A stretch of DNA of 64,000 bases from an uncultured Planctomycetia bacterium. Lineage in GTDB: Bacteria > Omnitrophota > Gorgyraeia > 1-14-0-20-64-10. The notes beneath the pieces are model-generated. The model was not told where the DNA came from, did not search any database, and saw only the letters and a list, made by a program, of their open reading frames with translations. The translations under genes and the position numbers were made by a program. The stretch lies in NCBI GenBank assembly GCA_964373715.1, contig CAYJVR010000001.1, forward strand, positions 149,164 to 213,163. Direction: 5' to 3'. Shown piece by piece: positions 30,029-39,607 of this stretch (position 1 is the first letter of the stretch; each line of letters starts with the position of its first letter).

Positions 30029-30786
30029 GCCAAAAACACCGGGTTATATTCATCGGGTTTCTCAGCGCAATTGTTTTAGTTGGCTCCGGCTGCAGAGGGG
30101 GATTCTCGACAGCGATTGAGCGGCCGAAAGGCCAGATCGAAATGCGCAGGCCTGAAGGGTTGACGGCGTCCATCGTGGTGGACCCTGTCACGTCAGCCCT
30201 TTCCAAATCGGGGGTTGACGTCACTGTCCGCTACGCCAATCCCGAAGAGTTGGACAAGTTTTTCGGCAATGAGGAGGTTTTCGGCAAGCTTGCGGGGAAG
30301 AACCCCTATCCGGCAGAAACGCTGGTTTTCTACGTGAAACTCGCCAACCACAGCCCCAAGAAGATTCGGGTCAATCCGGATGATTTTGTGCTGATAGACA
30401 ACATCAACATACAGTATTCGGAGCTTTCTCCGGACAATATCTCCGCGCTTTATGAAGACAGAGCCAGCCTGTGGGCTTTCGCCAAAACAACCGGCGATTT
30501 GGCCCCCGGCCCTTACGGGATGCCTTTGAAAGTGGCCGGCGCGTTAGGCGGCGGCGACGGCGGCCGGAAAAAGCACTATCTGATCAAGCAGGTTCGTTTG
30601 GGAGTTGGATACGTGCACCCCGATATTGCTTATGACGGGTATGTGGCGTTCCCCCGACCGCATCCGAACGCGACGTCGTTCAGGCTGACCATCGGGAACA
30701 TTAAAACCGATTTCAATCCGGCGGATGAGCCGACCACGTCGTTAGACTTTGAGTTCCCTCTCACCATTAAAACCGTCACTAAGTGA
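30025..30786 (+). CDS. hypothetical lipoprotein
   Basis: Signal peptide with lipobox LVGSGC. 253 aa. No recognisable domain. Confidence 0.45.
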   Translation: MSQKHRVIFIGFLSAIVLVGSGCRGGFSTAIERPKGQIEMRRPEGLTASIVVDPVTSALSKSGVDVTVRYANPEELDKFFGNEEVFGKLAGKNPYPAETLVFYVKLANHSPKKIRVNPDDFVLIDNINIQYSELSPDNISALYEDRASLWAFAKTTGDLAPGPYGMPLKVAGALGGGDGGRKKHYLIKQVRLGVGYVHPDIAYDGYVAFPRPHPNATSFRLTIGNIKTDFNPADEPTTSLDFEFPLTIKTVTK

Positions 30787-33700
30787 TCCTGCGGATCCTC
30801 TTCTGTTAAAGGGACTGAATCCCGAACAGCGGGAAGCTGTTCTCGCCACCGACGGCCCTGTGTTGATCATCGCGGGCGCCGGGACCGGGAAAACACGGGT
30901 CGTCGTCCACCGGATTGCCTATCTGCTTGAGTCCAAGCCCGATCTCAAACCGGGAAATATCCTCGCGCTCGCTTTCTCCAGGAAATCTGCCGCGGAAATG
31001 CAGGACCGGGTGGAACGCCTGGTGGGGACTTCTGCCTCGGAGTTGGAGATGGCGACTTTCCACGGCTTCTGCCACCGTTTCCTCCAGGACCACGCGGCTG
31101 AGGCAGGTCTGCCGGACCGCTTCGAGCTTCTCGATAAAGTGGAGAGCTGGATTTTCTTCCGGGAGCGCCTTCAGAAGATGAAGCTGTCCCATTTCTGGAA
31201 CCTGACCAGCCCGACCGACTGCATTGCCGGGTTTTTGAGCTTCATCAGCAGGGCCAAGGACGAACTGGTTTCCCCCGATGATTATGCCGCATACGTGAAG
31301 GCGATCGAAGATCCGGAGGAGCAGTCGAAGGCGGCCGAGGCTGAGAGGGCCTACCGTGTGTATCAGGAGGAGCTGACGGTCGCCGACTGTCTCGATTTCG
31401 GCGACCTGATCGTTTCGTGCTACCGGGCCCTTCAAAAGAATGCCGCGCTTCTCCAGAAAGTCCGCTCCCAGTACCGTTACATCCTTGTGGATGAGTTCCA
31501 GGATACGAACGTCGCGCAGATCGCGCTGCTGAAGCTCCTCACGGGGACGGAGGGCAACCTCTGCGTGGTTGGGGACGACGATCAGGCCATCTACCGGTTC
31601 CGGGGCGCCTCGTTCGCCAGTTTTCTGCTGATGAAGGAGGCGTTTCCCGGGGTACGGACGGTCCGGCTTCTGAGGAACTATAGGACGACGAAAAACATCC
31701 TGTCTGTTTCCGGCAGGCTGATCGGGCGCAACGGCGCAGACCGGTACGATCCCGACAAAGTGCTGTCGACCGAAAACCCCGCCGGGGCGCCGGTGGAGAT
31801 CCTTGTCGCGCATGACGACCTGCACGAGGCGCAGATCGTCGTCGACTCGATCCGCCGGACCTACACCGATTTCCCGGATCCGCAGCGGCGCTACGATCGG
31901 TTCGCTGTTTTTTACAGGGCGCATGCCCACCGGGCGCGGTTGGCCGACGCGCTCACCGCCGCAGGGGTCCCGTTCTCCATCCATGGGGGGGTCTCCCTTT
32001 TTGACAGCCCTGAAATCGAGGAGCTGTTTTCATTGCTGAAGGTCGTGCAGGATCCGTCCAATTCGGTCGAACTGTTCAGGGTGCTGAGCCACCCGCTGTG
32101 GGATATTCCGCTGGATGAGCTGGTCGCGCTGAACCGGGCGGCCAGGGAACAACGGACGGGACTTTACGATGTGCTCGGCCGCCTCGACGGCATCGCTGTT
32201 TCAGAAGCGACCCGGGGGGCGGTCGTCCGCTTCGTGCAGGAATTGAGCATCCTGAGGAAGCGGGCGATCCGCCAGCCGGTAGACGGCTTTATTCCTCATG
32301 TGGCGGGGGAGTCCCCTCTGAAGGTTCTTTTCAGGCTTCCGCTGGAGCAGCCTTCCGATGATCCGCTCACCGCGCTCGGCCGGTTCCTGAAGCTGACGTA
32401 CCGCTACGCGCAAACCCATCCGAAACGCCGGGATCTCGGCTCATTCCTTTGGTACCTGGAATCGTACCGTGAGGCGGGCGGGGTCGGGTTTTCGGAGGAG
32501 GATGAGGTCGGGCGGCACGACGGGGTCCGGCTCATGTCGATCCACCAGGCCAAGGGACTGGAATTCGACCACGTTTTTCTCATCGCGATGGTCCAGGGAC
32601 GATTCCCGACGCGCGCTCGTTCGGAAACGATCCCTTTTCCCACCGAGCTGATGAAAGAAAAGCTTCCGCGCGGGGATTATCACCTTCAGGAGGAGCGCCG
32701 TCTCTGTTACGTGGCCTGCACGAGGGCGAAGGAAAAGTTTACCGCGGTGACCCGCGACCGGTCCTATCAGAGGCCCTCTGTTTTCGTGAAGGAAATGCTC
32801 GAAGATCCGGGCAAGAAAGCGGACATTCTCCGGAGGGATATTTCTTCAGCCGGTCAGGCCCCGACCGAAGGCGCCGGGCAGGGGGAGATCCTCCGCAGCG
32901 GCCAGCCGGCCTCTTTAGCGGCCGAGCGGGAGCTTTTGGAGATTGTTCAGCAGATCCGCCGGTTGGACAAAGAGGACAAGGGAGCTTTCGAGCAGCTGAC
33001 GTGCCGGATGTCCAGCGTCGCCGCGGGTGTCTGGGGGGATGGCAGCAGAAAACACCTGCTGGGCCGGAGCCTGAAGCTTCCTCTGCAGGAGAAGTTCAGC
33101 TTTACACAGCTGGAAACCTTCAAATATTGTCCGCTGAAATACAAATTTGCTTACGTTTACCAGATACCGATACAGCCCTCCCCCCACATGACGTTCGGCG
33201 TCGACATCCACGCCTGTCTCGAAGGCTTCTTCAAGCAGGTGATGAACGGCCATGTTCCCCCGCTTCAGGAGCTGTTGGGCCTGTTCGAACGCTGTTATGT
33301 TCCGGGCCGCTACGGGGACCTGCTCCAGGATGAGGAGTACCGCCGGCGCGGGGTCGAGATGCTGACGGTATTTTATGAGCAGCACAAGGGGAAGTTTCCG
33401 TCCCCGATTTTTATCGAGAAACCGTTCCTGTTGCCTCTCGGCGACGCCTTCATCAAGGGGGTGGTCGACCGGATCGACGCTCTGCCGAGCGGAGGGGTCG
33501 AAATCATCGACTACAAAACGGGCAAGCCGAAAACGGATGCCGATGAAGGGGAGCAGATGCAGCTGCGTCTTTATGCGGTCGCGGCGCAGGAGATACTCGG
33601 TCTGAAGCCGGAACGAATCAGCTTTTACTACATGCAAACGAACGGAAAACTGTCCTTCTCCCAGAAGCCGGAGGTTTTCGAAGCGACCAAAACGAAGCTG

Positions 33701-33808
33701 AGCGGGCTTGTCGCGGATGTGCGCACATCCGATTTTTCGCCGGATCCATCTCCTGGCAAATGCAAGAGATGTGACTTTAGGAATCTTTGTCCCGCAAGCA
33801 TGGCCTAA
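30749..33808 (+). CDS. UvrD/PcrA-family helicase fused to a C-terminal Cas4/AddB-type PD-(D/E)xK Fe-S nuclease
   Basis: N-terminal LNPEQREAV...IIAGAGTGKT (Walker A), motif II VDEFQDT, motif VI-like QAKGLEFD. C-terminal nuclease IDYKTGKPK bracketed by four Cys (KYCPLKY ... CKRCDFRNLC), as in Cas4/AddB iron-sulfur nucleases. Confidence 0.8.
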   Translation: MSSLSPLKPSLSDPADPLLLKGLNPEQREAVLATDGPVLIIAGAGTGKTRVVVHRIAYLLESKPDLKPGNILALAFSRKSAAEMQDRVERLVGTSASELEMATFHGFCHRFLQDHAAEAGLPDRFELLDKVESWIFFRERLQKMKLSHFWNLTSPTDCIAGFLSFISRAKDELVSPDDYAAYVKAIEDPEEQSKAAEAERAYRVYQEELTVADCLDFGDLIVSCYRALQKNAALLQKVRSQYRYILVDEFQDTNVAQIALLKLLTGTEGNLCVVGDDDQAIYRFRGASFASFLLMKEAFPGVRTVRLLRNYRTTKNILSVSGRLIGRNGADRYDPDKVLSTENPAGAPVEILVAHDDLHEAQIVVDSIRRTYTDFPDPQRRYDRFAVFYRAHAHRARLADALTAAGVPFSIHGGVSLFDSPEIEELFSLLKVVQDPSNSVELFRVLSHPLWDIPLDELVALNRAAREQRTGLYDVLGRLDGIAVSEATRGAVVRFVQELSILRKRAIRQPVDGFIPHVAGESPLKVLFRLPLEQPSDDPLTALGRFLKLTYRYAQTHPKRRDLGSFLWYLESYREAGGVGFSEEDEVGRHDGVRLMSIHQAKGLEFDHVFLIAMVQGRFPTRARSETIPFPTELMKEKLPRGDYHLQEERRLCYVACTRAKEKFTAVTRDRSYQRPSVFVKEMLEDPGKKADILRRDISSAGQAPTEGAGQGEILRSGQPASLAAERELLEIVQQIRRLDKEDKGAFEQLTCRMSSVAAGVWGDGSRKHLLGRSLKLPLQEKFSFTQLETFKYCPLKYKFAYVYQIPIQPSPHMTFGVDIHACLEGFFKQVMNGHVPPLQELLGLFERCYVPGRYGDLLQDEEYRRRGVEMLTVFYEQHKGKFPSPIFIEKPFLLPLGDAFIKGVVDRIDALPSGGVEIIDYKTGKPKTDADEGEQMQLRLYAVAAQEILGLKPERISFYYMQTNGKLSFSQKPEVFEATKTKLSGLVADVRTSDFSPDPSPGKCKRCDFRNLCPASMA

Positions 33809-33857
33809 CATTAACCCCCCTTTTCGAACGACTCTTTTTTTGCTATAATCAGACTCC

Positions 33858-34430
33858 ATGCAGCCCGAGCTCTTCCAGGATTTTCAACCGGAATCGCCAG
33901 GAAGGCGGTTTATGCCGCCGTTATTCCCTCACCGGTTTATCCGGGTCAGGGTGGCTTATGAAGATATGATCTTCTCGGTTCTCAGTTTGGTGCTTATATT
34001 GTTGGCCGGTTTTTGCTTGGGTGTTGAAAGAGGCAAGAGGCTGACGGTTCCAGATGTTGCTGCCAAGGAGCGTCCGGCGGCGCAAAGACAGGTGGTGTTG
34101 CCGGTTCAAACGAGGACGGTTGCAGAGGTTCCCGTTAAAGAGGCAGCCCCTTCTTCGTCGGAAGCTCCTGTCCGGGTGCCGGCAGTGAGCGTCCCCGGGC
34201 CGGAAGGGCCGTATGCGATCCAGTTGGCTAGTTATGTGACCCCTTTGGCGGCCCAGGCGGAAGCGGATCGGCTGCGCCGTCTCGGATTTACGGCCCGGGT
34301 GATCAAACAGGGAAAGTATTTTGAGCTTCGTGTTGTCGGATACCGGTCCAAGGCGGATGCGTCAGGATCCTTGGCGATGTTGAGGAAAACGTACCACGAT
34401 AGTTTTATCAAACGGCTTTCTTCGGGATAG
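33858..34430 (+). CDS. SPOR-domain protein (septal peptidoglycan binding)
   Basis: TM anchor, linker, C-terminal SPOR fold (YAIQLASYVTPLAAQAEADRLRRLGF...YFELRVVGYRSKADA). Candidate promoter TGcTATAAT about 15 nt upstream. Confidence 0.7.
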   Translation: MQPELFQDFQPESPGRRFMPPLFPHRFIRVRVAYEDMIFSVLSLVLILLAGFCLGVERGKRLTVPDVAAKERPAAQRQVVLPVQTRTVAEVPVKEAAPSSSEAPVRVPAVSVPGPEGPYAIQLASYVTPLAAQAEADRLRRLGFTARVIKQGKYFELRVVGYRSKADASGSLAMLRKTYHDSFIKRLSSG

Positions 34431-34464
34431 TCCCGTAAGGAAAGAGGACGAGAGAAATAAAAAG

Positions 34465-34797
34465 ATGTCTATCCATTCGAGTTTCAAGTCTTCAGATACG
34501 ATGAAGCGCCACCGTTCTGTCCTTTCCCGGTTGGAGCGTATTCGGCTGCTTCAGGAACGCGGTTTACTCGATATCGAGAACGGTTCTGTTTTTGGTATGC
34601 CGAAGGTCAAACACCACAAGCTTCGCGTGAAGAAAGAGAAGACTGCGGCAGAACCCGGTGCCGCACCTGCTGCTACGGCTGGTGCTGGTGGTGCCGCTGC
34701 TCCCGCTGCCGCCGCTGGAGCGAAACCTGCCGGGAAGCCCGCGGCTGGCGCCGCCAAGCCGGAGGCCGCTGCTCCTGCCGCAAAGAAGAAGGGGTGA
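34465..34797 (+). CDS. small basic protein with Ala/Pro/Lys-rich histone-H1-like tail
   Basis: N-terminal 60 aa basic (RSVLSRLERIRLLQERGLL). C-terminal ~50 aa low complexity (AAPAAAAGAKPAGKPAAGAAKPEAAAPAAKKKG). Good RBS. Confidence 0.4.
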   Translation: MSIHSSFKSSDTMKRHRSVLSRLERIRLLQERGLLDIENGSVFGMPKVKHHKLRVKKEKTAAEPGAAPAATAGAGGAAAPAAAAGAKPAGKPAAGAAKPEAAAPAAKKKG

Positions 34798-35435
34798 ACC
34801 TGAAGGCAGCGGTTCTCCTCCTTCTTGGCCTGGTTTGTCTCTGTTTCCCTGTTTATGCCGGGGAAGAGATCCGGGATAGAGGTTCTTCTGAAGCGATCCT
34901 TGATGTTAAGCCTGGCCGATCGGCCTCCTCTCCGGGGGAGGCCGATCGTTTTCCGTTCATTGGATTAATTAACGGAAATCGGGTGAACCTGCGGTCTGGT
35001 CCCTCCTCTGCGCATGAAGTTTTCCATCAGCTGTTTAAGGGGGATCAGGTGTGCGTGGTGGCCGTTACAGGGGACTGGTATGCTGTTCAGCCTCCCTGTG
35101 AAGCCTCTGCCTACGTCGCCCAGTCGTTTCTTGAGCGCAATTCACAGGGCAGAGCACGGGTGCGCGGAAACCGGGTTCATGCTAGGGCCGGTGCGGGGCT
35201 CTCCTACGCCAGTCTGGGATTCCTCCCGGACCGCCAGGCTGTCTTCGTACGGCGGACCATGGGTGATTGGGCTGAAATTCAGGCGCCCGAAACATGCCGC
35301 GGCTGGATCAACCGTTCTTACGTGACCTATTTGAGCAGCACGAAGGAGACCGCGAATGGCGACGATCGAACAATTCCATCAAATCCAACTGAAAGTAGCA
35401 AGGATAGTGGAAGCGAAGGAACATCCCAACGCTGA
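34794..35435 (+). CDS. secreted protein with two bacterial SH3 (SH3b) domains
   Basis: Signal peptide. Repeated NGNRVNLRSGPS.../RGNRVHARAGAG... SH3_3-like modules. Confidence 0.5.
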   Translation: MNLKAAVLLLLGLVCLCFPVYAGEEIRDRGSSEAILDVKPGRSASSPGEADRFPFIGLINGNRVNLRSGPSSAHEVFHQLFKGDQVCVVAVTGDWYAVQPPCEASAYVAQSFLERNSQGRARVRGNRVHARAGAGLSYASLGFLPDRQAVFVRRTMGDWAEIQAPETCRGWINRSYVTYLSSTKETANGDDRTIPSNPTESSKDSGSEGTSQR

Positions 35436-35676
35436 CAAACTTCTCGTTTTGAAAATAGACACGGGGGATTCCCAGAAAGAGATTGTGGCAGGTATTGCTC
35501 GGTATTACACGCCCGCGGAGCTTGTCGGGAAACTGATCGTCGTAGTGGATAACCTGGAACCCGCCACGATTCGAGGGGTGGTGTCGAACGGGATGCTGCT
35601 TGCCGCGAAAGACGGGGAGAATTTGAGCCTGGTTCAGCCTGAACGGTTTGTCGTCCCCGGGGCCTCGGTTGGCTGA
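35356..35676 (+). CDS. tRNA-binding protein (CsaA/Myf-domain)
   Basis: LKVARIVEAKEHPNADKLLVLKIDTGD...IVAGI, the EMAP/Myf OB-fold tRNA-binding domain. Confidence 0.75.
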   Translation: MATIEQFHQIQLKVARIVEAKEHPNADKLLVLKIDTGDSQKEIVAGIARYYTPAELVGKLIVVVDNLEPATIRGVVSNGMLLAAKDGENLSLVQPERFVVPGASVG

Positions 35677-35682
35677 AAGAGA

Positions 35683-36369
35683 ATGAAAGCCGTCTCCTCC
35701 TCTCAGATGAAGGAGTTGGATATGCTCGCTCAAAAGTGTTTTGGGATCCCTGAGCTGATTCTTATGGAGCATGCCGGTATCGGAGTGGCCGCGCAGGCGC
35801 TGCGCTTTGCTGGGAGATCTGGAAGTAAGGTGGCTGTTTTCTGCGGGGGCGGCGCCAACGGCGGGGACGGTTTTGTCGCGGCGCGGCTTCTGGATAATGC
35901 CGGCATTCCTGTCCAGGTCGTGCTTTTTGCCGATCCGGCCCGGATCAGCGGCGCGGCGCGGGTGAATTTCGATATTCTCAAGAAGCTCGGGGTTCCAGTG
36001 GTGTTGATCCCTTCCGGTTTTGCTTGGGCAGCGTGGCCGCGTCGTCACGCCGAACCGGGGCTTGTGATTGACGCTCTTTTGGGGACCGGTTTTTCGGGCG
36101 AGGTCAGGGAGCCGATCCGTTCTGCGATCGAGTGGATCAATGCCCTGTGTGCCAAGGTTATTTCGGTCGACATTCCCTCCGGCCTGTCGGCGGATACGGG
36201 GAAGCCTTCTCCTGTGGCTGTTAAAGCCGATGTTACCGTGACCTGCGGGCTGCCTAAAACGGGGTTGCTTAATGCTGTGGGCCGCCGCTACACCGGACGG
36301 CTTACCGTCGCTGATATTTCACTTCCGAGAAAACTCCGCAACGGGAGGCCAGTCACGTGGAATTCCTGA
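35683..36369 (+). CDS. NAD(P)H-hydrate epimerase (YjeF N-terminal domain)
   Basis: VAVFCGGGANGGDGFVAARLL motif of YjeF_N. Confidence 0.75.
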   Translation: MKAVSSSQMKELDMLAQKCFGIPELILMEHAGIGVAAQALRFAGRSGSKVAVFCGGGANGGDGFVAARLLDNAGIPVQVVLFADPARISGAARVNFDILKKLGVPVVLIPSGFAWAAWPRRHAEPGLVIDALLGTGFSGEVREPIRSAIEWINALCAKVISVDIPSGLSADTGKPSPVAVKADVTVTCGLPKTGLLNAVGRRYTGRLTVADISLPRKLRNGRPVTWNS

Positions 36370-36977
36370 CCGGTTTTCTCCTGATGTTCCTTTTTTTTAT
36401 CGTGGCTGTTGTCGTCCATGAGGTCAGCCACGGCTGGGTGGCCCTTTATTTCGGGGATACGACGGCGCTCAAGGCAGGCCGCCTGACCCTCAATCCTTTC
36501 AGGCATATTGATCCGGTCGGAACGGTTATTCTGCCGGTTTTGCTCATGGCGCTGAGGGCGCCGATTGTTTTTGGGTGGGCGAAGCCGGTTCCGGTGAATC
36601 CTCTTTTTATGAGGCATCCGAAGAGGGATATGCTCTGGGTCGGTCTGGCCGGTCCGGCGGCTAATTTTTTTCTGGCTGTGTTGGCGGCGGTTGCGCTGAA
36701 GTATTCCAAGCTGTGGATTCCTGAACTTGCCGCGGCACTGGTGCGGTATCTGATCCTTGTGAATTTGCTGCTTGGGACTTTTAACCTCCTGCCGATTCCT
36801 CCTCTGGACGGGTCGCGTATTCTTACCGGTATTTTGCCGAGAGGTCTCGCGAGGGTTTTTCTTCAGACGGAGAAATGGGGGATTGTTTTGGTCATGGTTC
36901 TGCTTTATCTTGGGGTTATCAACCGGGTTTTAATGCCTGTTGTGGAACAGCTTGCCCGGTTCTTGGGGGTTGGATGA
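36357..36977 (+). CDS. site-2 protease family (peptidase M50) membrane metalloprotease
   Basis: HEVSHG zinc motif in a TM helix. LLPIPPLDG (LDG motif). Polytopic, 206 aa. Confidence 0.75.
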   Translation: MEFLTGFLLMFLFFIVAVVVHEVSHGWVALYFGDTTALKAGRLTLNPFRHIDPVGTVILPVLLMALRAPIVFGWAKPVPVNPLFMRHPKRDMLWVGLAGPAANFFLAVLAAVALKYSKLWIPELAAALVRYLILVNLLLGTFNLLPIPPLDGSRILTGILPRGLARVFLQTEKWGIVLVMVLLYLGVINRVLMPVVEQLARFLGVG

Positions 36978-38086
36978 AACCTTCTGCGAGAATCCGTGTC
37001 CGTTTGAAGGACCGGTCTTACGATATTTTGGTAGTGTGCAGCCAGTTGGACAAGCTGGCTGCCGAAATCCACCGCCTGCGTTTGGGCACCGATGCGGTTG
37101 TTGTAACCAACCCGACCGTTTTGAAATCGCACGGCCACGCCCGGTCTGTGCGCGACGCTTTGGCCAAGGGCGGGTTTACCGTTCATATCGTTACGGTGCC
37201 GGACACGGAGAAAAGCAAGAGTATGAAAGGGCTCAGCCGGCTGTTGGAAGCGCTGGCTGGTCTTGACCGTCCAGGTAGGAAGTTTTTCCTTGTTCTAGTC
37301 GGCGGCGGGGTGGTGGGAGATCTCGGAGGGGTGGCCGCCGGTCTTTACAAGAGGGGTGTGCCGTTTGTCCAGGTCCCGACCACTTTGCTTGCCCAGGTGG
37401 ATTCCTCCATAGGGGGGAAGACCGCTGTTGATCTGCCTCAGGGGAAGAACCTGGTCGGGCTTTTTAACCAGCCTCGCTTGGTTTTCATTGATTTGGCGTT
37501 TCTTCGCAGTCTGCCTGACCGGCAGTTCCGTTCCGGGATGGCAGAAGTGGCTAAGTGCGGGGTGATTTCCGATGCCGTGCTCTTTCGTTTTCTGGAGAAT
37601 TGTCCGTTATCGGTCCTTCGGCTTTCCGAGGATAAGCTCGGTTGGGTGATTGCCCGCGCTATTCAGGTGAAGGTGTTGGCCGTGGAGCGGGACGAGAAGG
37701 AGCTCAGGGGAATCCGGACACTGTTGAACTTTGGTCATACCGTGGGCCACGCTCTTGAGGCTGCGACAAATTACAACAAGGGCTATACCCATGGAGAGGC
37801 GGTCGCCATAGGGATGTGCGCTGCTACGGATGTTTCTTTGCGTCTGAAGAGAATATCGCCTCAATCCGCCGGGCGGATACGCCATTTGATTCGGCATTTA
37901 GGTCTTCCGACCGCAATGGAGAAGATATCCATGAAGAAGATATTTCAGGCGATGTCGTACGACAAGAAATGGATGATGGGGAAGAACCGTTTGGTTTTAC
38001 CGACCGACATCGGCCGGGCCGTTGTTGTTAAAGGCGTTCCCGGAACCATTCTGAGAGATGTGGTTAAAAGCCTTAGGGAGGGTTAG
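36974..38086 (+). CDS. aroB: 3-dehydroquinate synthase
   Basis: ATGA overlap with the M50 gene. GGGVVGDLGG, VPTTLLAQVDSSIGGKT and NFGHTVGHALE motifs. Confidence 0.85.
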   Translation: MKPSARIRVRLKDRSYDILVVCSQLDKLAAEIHRLRLGTDAVVVTNPTVLKSHGHARSVRDALAKGGFTVHIVTVPDTEKSKSMKGLSRLLEALAGLDRPGRKFFLVLVGGGVVGDLGGVAAGLYKRGVPFVQVPTTLLAQVDSSIGGKTAVDLPQGKNLVGLFNQPRLVFIDLAFLRSLPDRQFRSGMAEVAKCGVISDAVLFRFLENCPLSVLRLSEDKLGWVIARAIQVKVLAVERDEKELRGIRTLLNFGHTVGHALEAATNYNKGYTHGEAVAIGMCAATDVSLRLKRISPQSAGRIRHLIRHLGLPTAMEKISMKKIFQAMSYDKKWMMGKNRLVLPTDIGRAVVVKGVPGTILRDVVKSLREG

Positions 38087-38152
38087 GCCATCCTTTTCCG
38101 GTCAGGGGTAGAACATCAGCGTTCAAAAGAGCTTCGCCAGCTTGAGAGGGTC

Positions 38153-38824
38153 TTGGGGGTCCGCTTCCGGAAACTTCAGCTGCTGAATCAGGCCCTCGTG
38201 CACCGCTCGTATGCCCAGACGGCGAAACCGGGGTCTGTGAAAGGGGATAACGAGACTCTGGAGTTTCTTGGGGACGCTGTTATCGGCTTGGTGATCTCCG
38301 AAGAGCTGTTTCGCCGCTATCCGCATTCCGAAGTGGGAGATCTGGCCAAAATTAAGGCGCAGATCGTGAGCCGCGCCACTCTCGGAGAGGTGGCTTCCGC
38401 TCTTGATTTGGACCGCTGGATACTGATGGGGCCTGGAGAGGCCGTCCGCGGTGAGGCGAGGCGCCCCTCCGTCATCGGTTCGGCTTTTGAAGCGGTCATC
38501 GCCGCGATTTTCCTCGACAGGGGACTACTGGCGGCAGTCCGTTTGATCAAACGCCTCTTCCACCTGGAGATCGGCGCCGTGGAGTCAGGGGAATCCGCGG
38601 TCGATTACAAATCCCTGCTTCAGGAATATGCGCTGCGATACTTCAAAGCGACCCCCGAATACAAAGTTGTTGATGAAACGGGTCCGGGTCATAAGAGGAC
38701 GTTTCGTGTTTCCGTCGGCTGGAAAGGGAAGGTTTTCGGCCAGGGGGGCGGCCCGAGCAAGAAATTGGCCAGCCAGGAAGCCGCCAAGGCTGCGCTCGAA
38801 CATTTGCTGGCGCCCATCCCGTAA
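38153..38824 (+). CDS. rnc: ribonuclease III
   Basis: RNase III signature ETLEFLGDAVIGLVISE plus C-terminal dsRBD. The conserved N-terminal LE.VLGVRF segment lies in-frame upstream of the first canonical start, so the true start is probably upstream or non-canonical. Confidence 0.85.
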   Translation: MGVRFRKLQLLNQALVHRSYAQTAKPGSVKGDNETLEFLGDAVIGLVISEELFRRYPHSEVGDLAKIKAQIVSRATLGEVASALDLDRWILMGPGEAVRGEARRPSVIGSAFEAVIAAIFLDRGLLAAVRLIKRLFHLEIGAVESGESAVDYKSLLQEYALRYFKATPEYKVVDETGPGHKRTFRVSVGWKGKVFGQGGGPSKKLASQEAAKAALEHLLAPIP

Positions 38825-38879
38825 ATCCGCGGGATTGACAATCACCCCATAAGTTCTGTAACATATTCTCGCGTGTTGT

Positions 38880-39146
38880 ATGCTGGATACTACTGAAGAG
38901 GCAAGTGGTCAAATAGTCGCTTTTTTTGCGGCGCCCAGTGTCGGTATTGTGAAAGTTTTCAGGGGTCCCTTGAAACAAGGAGACCTTCTCTGGGTCCGCG
39001 GCCATACGACCGATTTGAAGCAGCGGGTCGAGACGATGGAAGTTGATCACCGGCCTGTTTCAGAGGCAGCCGCAGGGCAAGAGGTGGGGATTAGGTTTTC
39101 AGCGCGCGTCCGGAAAAACGACCGGGTTTACAAGATCTCTTCGTAA
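38880..39146 (+). CDS. small hypothetical protein (EF-Tu domain-2-like beta-barrel suspected)
   Basis: 88 aa. Weak resemblance to translation-factor beta-barrel domains. Candidate promoter TTGACA-N17-GTAACA upstream. Confidence 0.3.
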   Translation: MLDTTEEASGQIVAFFAAPSVGIVKVFRGPLKQGDLLWVRGHTTDLKQRVETMEVDHRPVSEAAAGQEVGIRFSARVRKNDRVYKISS

Positions 39147-39151
39147 AAAAA

Positions 39152-39607
39152 TTGATTATCAGGAAGTCGGCAAACGGCGACGCCTCGCAGGTATTGAGTC
39201 TGGTGTCTTCAATACTGTCGGGGGAATTTCCTGACGATCAATCTGCGTATGCCGCCGATGACCTGCATCAGCTGTCCGAGGCTTATAAGGGCCCTGGCAG
39301 CGTTTTCTTTGTGGCTGAAGAAGATCATCGCATCGTTGGGACTTGCGGCGTAAAGGCTGATGGTCCTGAAACAGCGATTCTTCGCCGGCTCTTCGTGGAC
39401 CACAAGTTCCGAGGTAAGGGAGTCGGTTCCAGCCTTCTTAAAGAAGCCCTCCGGTTCTGCAAGGAAAGAGGATTTCAAGAGGTTATCATCCGCACATCAA
39501 CACGAATGGAGCAGGCCATCCGTCTGTGTGAGTCTGCCGGTTTTAAAGAAAATGGCCGCTGGCCGATGGGGCAGGTCACCTTAATTGTTTATCTCTTGAG
39601 GCTCTAA
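39152..39607 (+). CDS. GNAT-family N-acetyltransferase
   Basis: RRLFVDHKFRGKGVGSSLL acetyl-CoA-binding motif. Confidence 0.75.
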   Translation: MIIRKSANGDASQVLSLVSSILSGEFPDDQSAYAADDLHQLSEAYKGPGSVFFVAEEDHRIVGTCGVKADGPETAILRRLFVDHKFRGKGVGSSLLKEALRFCKERGFQEVIIRTSTRMEQAIRLCESAGFKENGRWPMGQVTLIVYLLRL

